Shown here: positions 58,600 through 64,000 of the stretch, in pieces
Position numbering within the stretch: the stretch's first letter is position 1
How the letters are laid out: each line of letters begins with the position of its first letter
Source: Camelus dromedarius
Lineage: Eukaryota
Assembly: GCF_036321535.1 (NCBI RefSeq)
Contig: NC_087437.1
Span: forward strand, 122,080,001-122,144,000
Direction: 5' to 3'
DNA length: 64,000 bases
The notes under the pieces: model-generated
Seen by the model: only the letters and a program-made list of their open reading frames with translations
Databases searched by the model: none
What the model was told of the DNA's origin: nothing
Program-made: the position numbers and the translations under genes

Positions 58600-59790
58600 G
58601 TGGCTTCAAGGAGCACGATGGCCGAGGGGCTCTTAAACCTGCGGCGCCAGGCCCAGCCCAGCCCAAGTGATTCCAGTCCTTGGGCGGGAGCGCAGGCCGG
58701 CCAGCTCTGGCAAGCGCCCAGGTGATGTTGAAGAGCAGCCTCCGACTTGGAGGGAAGGGGCCCTTTGCATTCCTCACATGCTCTGCAAGCTACAGAAACC
58801 AAACAAAGCACGCTGTCCAAACACCAGCCGGAGGGAGCGGGGAGCCGCTCCCGCGCCCCGAGCGTTCCTGCAGCGGGGGACGCGCTCCCCGCCGCGTTTC
58901 TGCGGAACTCGGGCTGGACCCGCGGCTGCAGCGTTCACTCCGCCACGCTGCGGGCCGGTTTCCCAGACAGAAGCCCGCGGGGCCGCAGCGCGTCAGACGG
59001 CAGCCGCAGGCCCAGGGCCCATCCCGCTCTTCCGCCTCCACCCCGGCTGGCGCCGCCGGGACCCGGGGCCGCGCTGGTGGGTTCGGATCCTGCGGCTCCC
59101 AGGACCCCGCCCCCGTCGCCGGGTCCCGACCCCGCACAGGACCCCACGCAGGCCCCCTGCGCACACCGGCTGAGCCGCGCCACGCCGGAAGGCCCTTCCC
59201 AGAAGCCCCCAGGCCTCGTCCTCACGCCTTATTGGCCAGAGAGGCACCACGTGTGCGTCTCTAAGCCAATCAGCCCCGACTTCCGGGGCGTCTGCCGAGC
59301 GCCGAAGCCGCGGGGACCTGAGGGTTCTGCGCGGCCGAGACCCCAGGCCGAGGCCACTCCCGGCCGCAGAGCGGGCGTCTGAGCAGGGCGGGCCCTCGGA
59401 AGGAGTGGGGCTGGACGGGAAGCCGCCGGCCTCGGGCCGCGAGTCTGTGGCGGGAAGCGCTCCGCTTCCGGGAGGCTCGTGCAGCGGCTGACCTCACAGT
59501 GTGCGGCCGGGCCCTGGCGGTGCGCGGTCCGCCGGGTGGGTGGCCCCGCAGCTCCCCGAGTGGGCGGGCCTGAGCGCGCGCACTGGACGCACGAGAACTG
59601 CACGGCCAGGACCGAGGCCTGCACTGAGGCGGCCTAGTCCCAGAGCCTCCCGACGGCGCGGCGTGGCCGGCGCCTGTGGCCCGCCCGCGGTCGCGCCCGC
59701 GCGGGCCCGCGCCTTCCCCCGCACCGGGGGTGCAGCCGGGGTGAAATCACCGTCGCGCCTTGTGCCAGTTGCTGAGGGCTGTCGCTGGAC
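58600..59790. promoter_or_regulatory. CpG island with CCAAT/E-box/ETS/GC-box promoter signature; target gene unidentified
   Basis: Dense CpG within AT-rich flanks; ATTGG 59231, CACGTG 59248, AGCCAATCAG ~59264-59273, ACTTCCGG 59279, GGCGGGAA 59449, GCTTCCGG 59464. Confidence 0.8.
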
Positions 59791-59804
59791 TCCGTTCTCT
59801 GTGC

Positions 59805-59960
59805 TCTGACACAGCCCCTTATGAAAGGATTCCTGTTCCTGCCCGTGATTAGCAGATGAGGAAAGTGAGTCATGGGGAGGTTAAAGTTACAAACTGACGT
59901 GGCTAAACGGTTGAGGACCCAAGACTTGAATCCAGGATGGCTGAATTCAGGGCTCTTCAC
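59805..59960 (-). mobile_element. MIR
   Basis: gcagatgaggaaagtgagtcatggggaggttaaag...gacttgaatccaggatggctga. Confidence 0.7.
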
Positions 59961-60679
59961 CGCAGTCTAGAGTGGGTTTCAAAATGGCTTCGGGGCTGGC
60001 TGTGTCACTCATTGATGGTCATCTCAAGTCCTTGGATGGACTCAAATCTCTCTCAGTATCAGGAACTTTAAAAAGGAAAGAGTCCCTCCAAGTCTAAAGG
60101 TAGGAGTCTCTCCTGACAGGAGCAGAGGAAAGGAATCCCCGAGACAGGTTTCTAACTTCCGTCCTAGCAGCATGGCTCGGGAGGTGTGGCCGGAGGCCTG
60201 CACGGCGGGACCTGAAGTCTGCAGGAGGACTTCTCGGCTGAATGGCTCCCTCTGGTTGGTTTCTGCTTTGCTGCAGCGACAGGTAGCAAAGCTGTCTTCT
60301 TAAAACGCCTTGTTTAAAAGAACAACCAGGAAGGGAAGACCAGGAAACCATGCCATTCATGCTGATGTCAGAGGAAATGGGGACCCCAGGAAAGAGCGTT
60401 TCAGGAAAGAGAAGATGAAAACACAGCTTGAGAAGTCTGGGCTCATCAGGGGAAAGGCTCCATGTTTCCATGATGTTTTGGTTCAGGGTGGCGGTGTCCC
60501 ATAAGACAAGGCAGCATAATGCTGGACAGGTGGTTTGTGGACAGGATTGCTCCCTTGAGCTTTCTATCACAGTGCTGAGTGCCCTGAGACCAGAAATACT
60601 TGCATGTGGGCTCTAACATGTGGGTCAAGGGTATGTAATGCCACACTGTTTTCAAAAATTAAAACTGGAAAGAAAGGTA

Positions 60680-61475
60680 ATATCCATCAAAAAAAATGGC
60701 TAAATATGTTCTGGAAAATTCATACTGGAGAGTATCAGGCAGCCATTAAAAAGAGAAGTGCAAGTTAAAATTTGACGAGGCTCTGCTTCCCCAAACATTC
60801 AATGAATAGCAGAAATGTAAAAATATTTGTAATACCAAATGTTGATCAGGATTTAAAACAACTGGAACTTTCATACACTGCTGTAATGTAAAATGGTTCC
60901 ATCATTTGGGAAAACTGGCACTTTCTGCCAAAGCTATGTATGCACCTCCCTACAATACAAGTCTACCCGAGGTAAAGTTAAAAAAAATAAGATATACGCC
61001 TACCCCTCCAAAAAAAACCCCACATATAAGAACATTCATATTGGCTTTGTTTATAACAAAACAAAAACTGGAAGCAATAGTCCATCAACTGGATAATGCA
61101 TAAATTATGGTATAATTCACTGATGGAATATTACATAGCAATAAAAAATACAACCATTAAAAAAAATACAACCTTGACAATATAGAAGAATCTCACAGAC
61201 ATTATTTGAGGAAAAGAGGTCAGACACAATACAGTACATACCAAATGCTTTCAATTATATAAAGCTTAAGAACAGGCAAAACCAATCTATCATGCTAGAA
61301 ATCAAAATAATGATTATCTTTGTTGGGGGAGGTTTGACTGGGAAGAGTCACAGTGGAATCATCCTATATCTTGATCTGAGTGGTGGTCACAAACTGTAAA
61401 TGTGTGTAAAATTCATTGGGGTAAACTTGAGATTTGGGCACTTTGCTCTGTGCAAATTATTCCTCATTAAAAAGG
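60680..61475 (+). mobile_element. L1ME-type ORF2 end/3' UTR relic
   Basis: aataccaaatgttgatcaggatttaaaacaactggaactttcatacactgctg...atatcttgatctgagtggtggtcac. Confidence 0.75.
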
Positions 61476-63234
61476 AAGGCAAGAGAAAGATTGTTTTTAT
61501 TGTGTGTGTGCGTGTGCTTTTACTGTTTTACCAAGTTAAATACAATGAAAAGTCATTACTTTTGAAATAAAAGTAGAAGTGTTTAAAACTCTAAAATTTG
61601 AGGAAACCTGTTTGTGTCCACAAGGTAATTTATCTATGACATATTGTTGCCTGGAAAAGCAGGTAGGAAAACCAAGCACAGGAGATCCCTGATTCAGAGC
61701 AGGACGAGGAAGACCTCCATTCCCATGGGAACAACAAGAAGAATCAAGACAAAATCAACAATGCATTTTTATATAAGAATAAGAAGGGAGGAGGAGAGAA
61801 GGAAGCCTTGAGAACTGGATTCCAGAAGGAGACAATCACGACTGAGCAGAGACATGACAGCTCCCCGCTTCCACACTGCGGTCTGGATAGAGCCGGCCTT
61901 CTATGGGTGAAGAACCTTCATGGTGACAGAGGGCTGTCATCTGGAGTTTGAGTGGTAGTGTGGGCTGATGGGACAAACTGGAGCCTAGAAGTGAAGGATA
62001 GAGGACCCAATCTGAGCAGTTCTCCTCCCCGCCTCCAAGTTTTGCCATGAAAGTGACATTGGAGGAGGGGTTGCTAAGCGTAGAGAAATCACAAAGTCCT
62101 ATGCTTGCTTTTGGTCACTAGAGTTGAAACTACAAGCAGCTCTTCCCAGCCCAGAGGCAACAAGATCTAAAAGACTATAGCTGAGGATTTGAGGTTGGGC
62201 TAATCACAGGTTAACTCAACCTGAGGAAAGGTGCAACTTCTCTGGCTCAACCAGACACTAGGAAAAAGCGGAGTGACTAGCTCTGTACCTTCACTGCACC
62301 AGAGGAAATAGATGGCAATCTCTAAGGAACAAACAGCAGAACAAAAATATTTCACTCTTTACTGGTCTCTTCTACACAATGTGCAGAGTACAACAAAAAC
62401 AATTATAAAACCTGCAAAAAGGGGGAAAATGTGACCTGTACTTAAGAGAAAAGACATTCCTTATGAGAGACCGTCGTTGGCTCAGTTACTAGCATAAGAA
62501 TAAACTAAAGCAATTATTTCAAATATGAGTGAACAGACGGTATATTTCAAGAAATGAATGGAAACACGGAAAAAAAAAAAGAGGACTGAAAAATAGACAA
62601 AAAAGTATCAATGGATGGGCTTAGATTGGATACTGCAGAAAGGTTCAGGGAACTTGAAAAAAGTTCAATGGAAATTATCCAAACTGGAGAAGAGAGAGAA
62701 AAAAATTTTAGAAACATGACCAAAACATCTGTGAGATGCGGGACCCATATCAAGTAGTCTAATGTGAAGTAGTCTGAGATGCAAGCATTTTGGAGTCCAA
62801 GAATGAGAAGAGAGATGGTGGGAAAACTGTTTGAAGAATCACTGGCTGAAATATTCCAATCTAATGAAAAGCCACAAACTGCTGAAAGACAAATACAAAG
62901 AGAAAATCTAAAAAGCTATCAGGGAAAGAATATGCATTACATAGAACATTACATAGAACAATGATTGGTTTTTTTAATGGCTGATTTCATTGGAAACATT
63001 TGGAAGCAGGAGGCAATGGGGCAACATGTTTAAAGTGCTGAGAGAAAAAAAAAAATCTTCAACCTAGAATTCTGTACCAGCAAAATTATCCTTCAAAAAG
63101 GAAGGCAAAGTAGAGATTTTCAGGTAAACAAAAGCCTAAAAACCAGCTCTATAGCAATTGAGCCTCCACTACAAGAAATGCTAAAGCCATATTTGGAGAC
63201 TGAAGGGACAGATACTGAATATAGACTGGACCTA

Positions 63235-63379
63235 CAGCAAGCACTCAACTATGGCACTGCTGACATATGGGGCCAAATAGTTCTCTGTTGTGGGGGCTGT
63301 CTTGTGCGTCATCCCAGGCCTCTACCCACGAGATGCCAGGAGGCCCCGCCCCCAGTTGTGACAACCAGAAATGTCTCTG
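63235..63379 (-). mobile_element. MER20 (hAT-Charlie) fragment
   Basis: ggcactgctgacatatggggccaaatagttctctgttgtgggggctgtc...ccaggcctctacccacgagatgccag...ccagttgtgacaaccagaaatgtctc. Confidence 0.85.
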
Positions 63380-63424
63380 TGGGAATGAAGTCTGCAGAAG
63401 AAAAGGAAGATGTTACAAAGGGTA

Positions 63425-63730
63425 ATAACAGACTTCATGTTCCCCTCTCCCCAATCCATGTGTTGAAATTCTGATTCCCAGCGTGGCGGTGTTGGGCGGT
63501 GGGGCCTTCAGGTGGCACCCTCACAAGTGGGTTTAGTGTCCTCCCAGCAGAGCTGCCTGTCCCTTCTTCCATGGGAGCCGCAGTGAGAAGTCAGCCTTCC
63601 GCAGCCCAGAAGAGCCCTCCGCAGGACGACCCTGCCGGCACCCTGATCCTGGACTTCCAGCCTCCAGAATGTGAGAAGCAAATTCTGCTCCTTATAGCCA
63701 CCTACTGATAATCCCAAACTGATTAAGACA
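63425..63730 (+). mobile_element. MLT1A-like MaLR LTR
   Basis: catgtgttgaaattctgattcccagcgtggcggtgttgggcggtggggcctt...ctgatcctggacttccagcctccagaatgtgagaa...gattaagaca. Confidence 0.8.
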
Positions 63731-64000
63731 GTAACTATGTAGGTTAGTGTAGAATAATGTTTTTCTGGGTTTTTAGTTTTCGAAATTCAATTGAGTTAAA
63801 AGCAATGGTAACAATAGTGAGATTTGTAATTAATCTGGAAGTGAATACAAGATAAAAATAGCACAAGGATCAGAAGAGAATAAATAGAAATACCCTGTTG
63901 CAGCTGCAAGGTTTTTAGATTGTGGTAAAATGATAAATACTGATTCAAGATAGACAGATGAAATAAGCATATGTGAGATTTAGAAAAGAACCACTGAAGA

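Larger units (their letters stand above)
62330..64000 (+). mobile_element. Old L1M 5'/ORF1 relic with nested MER20 and MLT1
   Basis: caacctagaattctgtaccagcaaaattatccttcaaaaaggaaggcaaa; decayed ORF1-like peptide KLFEESLAEIF. Confidence 0.7.

Noticed and set aside
58248..59382. ORFs of 150-211 aa in and near the CpG island
   Set aside because: No recognisable protein; typical CpG-island open frames.

Overview
Mammalian genomic DNA, probably camelid (two tRNA-derived vic-1-type SINEs; inference). The main feature is a complete, intact COL6A1 gene (collagen VI alpha-1) on the + strand. I traced 35 coding exons by hand from ATG 21408 to TAG 41461; all have GT-AG boundaries and sum to 3084 nt (1027 aa + stop), with AATAAA at 42178. 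Positions ~1.5-47.6 kb are very GC-rich, and nearly all ORF-track entries there are GC artefacts. After ~47.6 kb the sequence turns AT-rich and L1-dense, interrupted by an orphan CpG island with a housekeeping-type promoter signature (~58.6-59.8 kb) whose gene I cannot identify. I found no convincing new protein-coding system. The best leads are an 11-bp-phased array of 11 E-boxes in COL6A1 intron 27 (TWIST double-E-box geometry), the orphan CpG-island promoter, the compositional boundary with GC-drifted repeats, and candidate upstream enhancers. Repeat family names and GC levels are by-eye recognitions, not computed.
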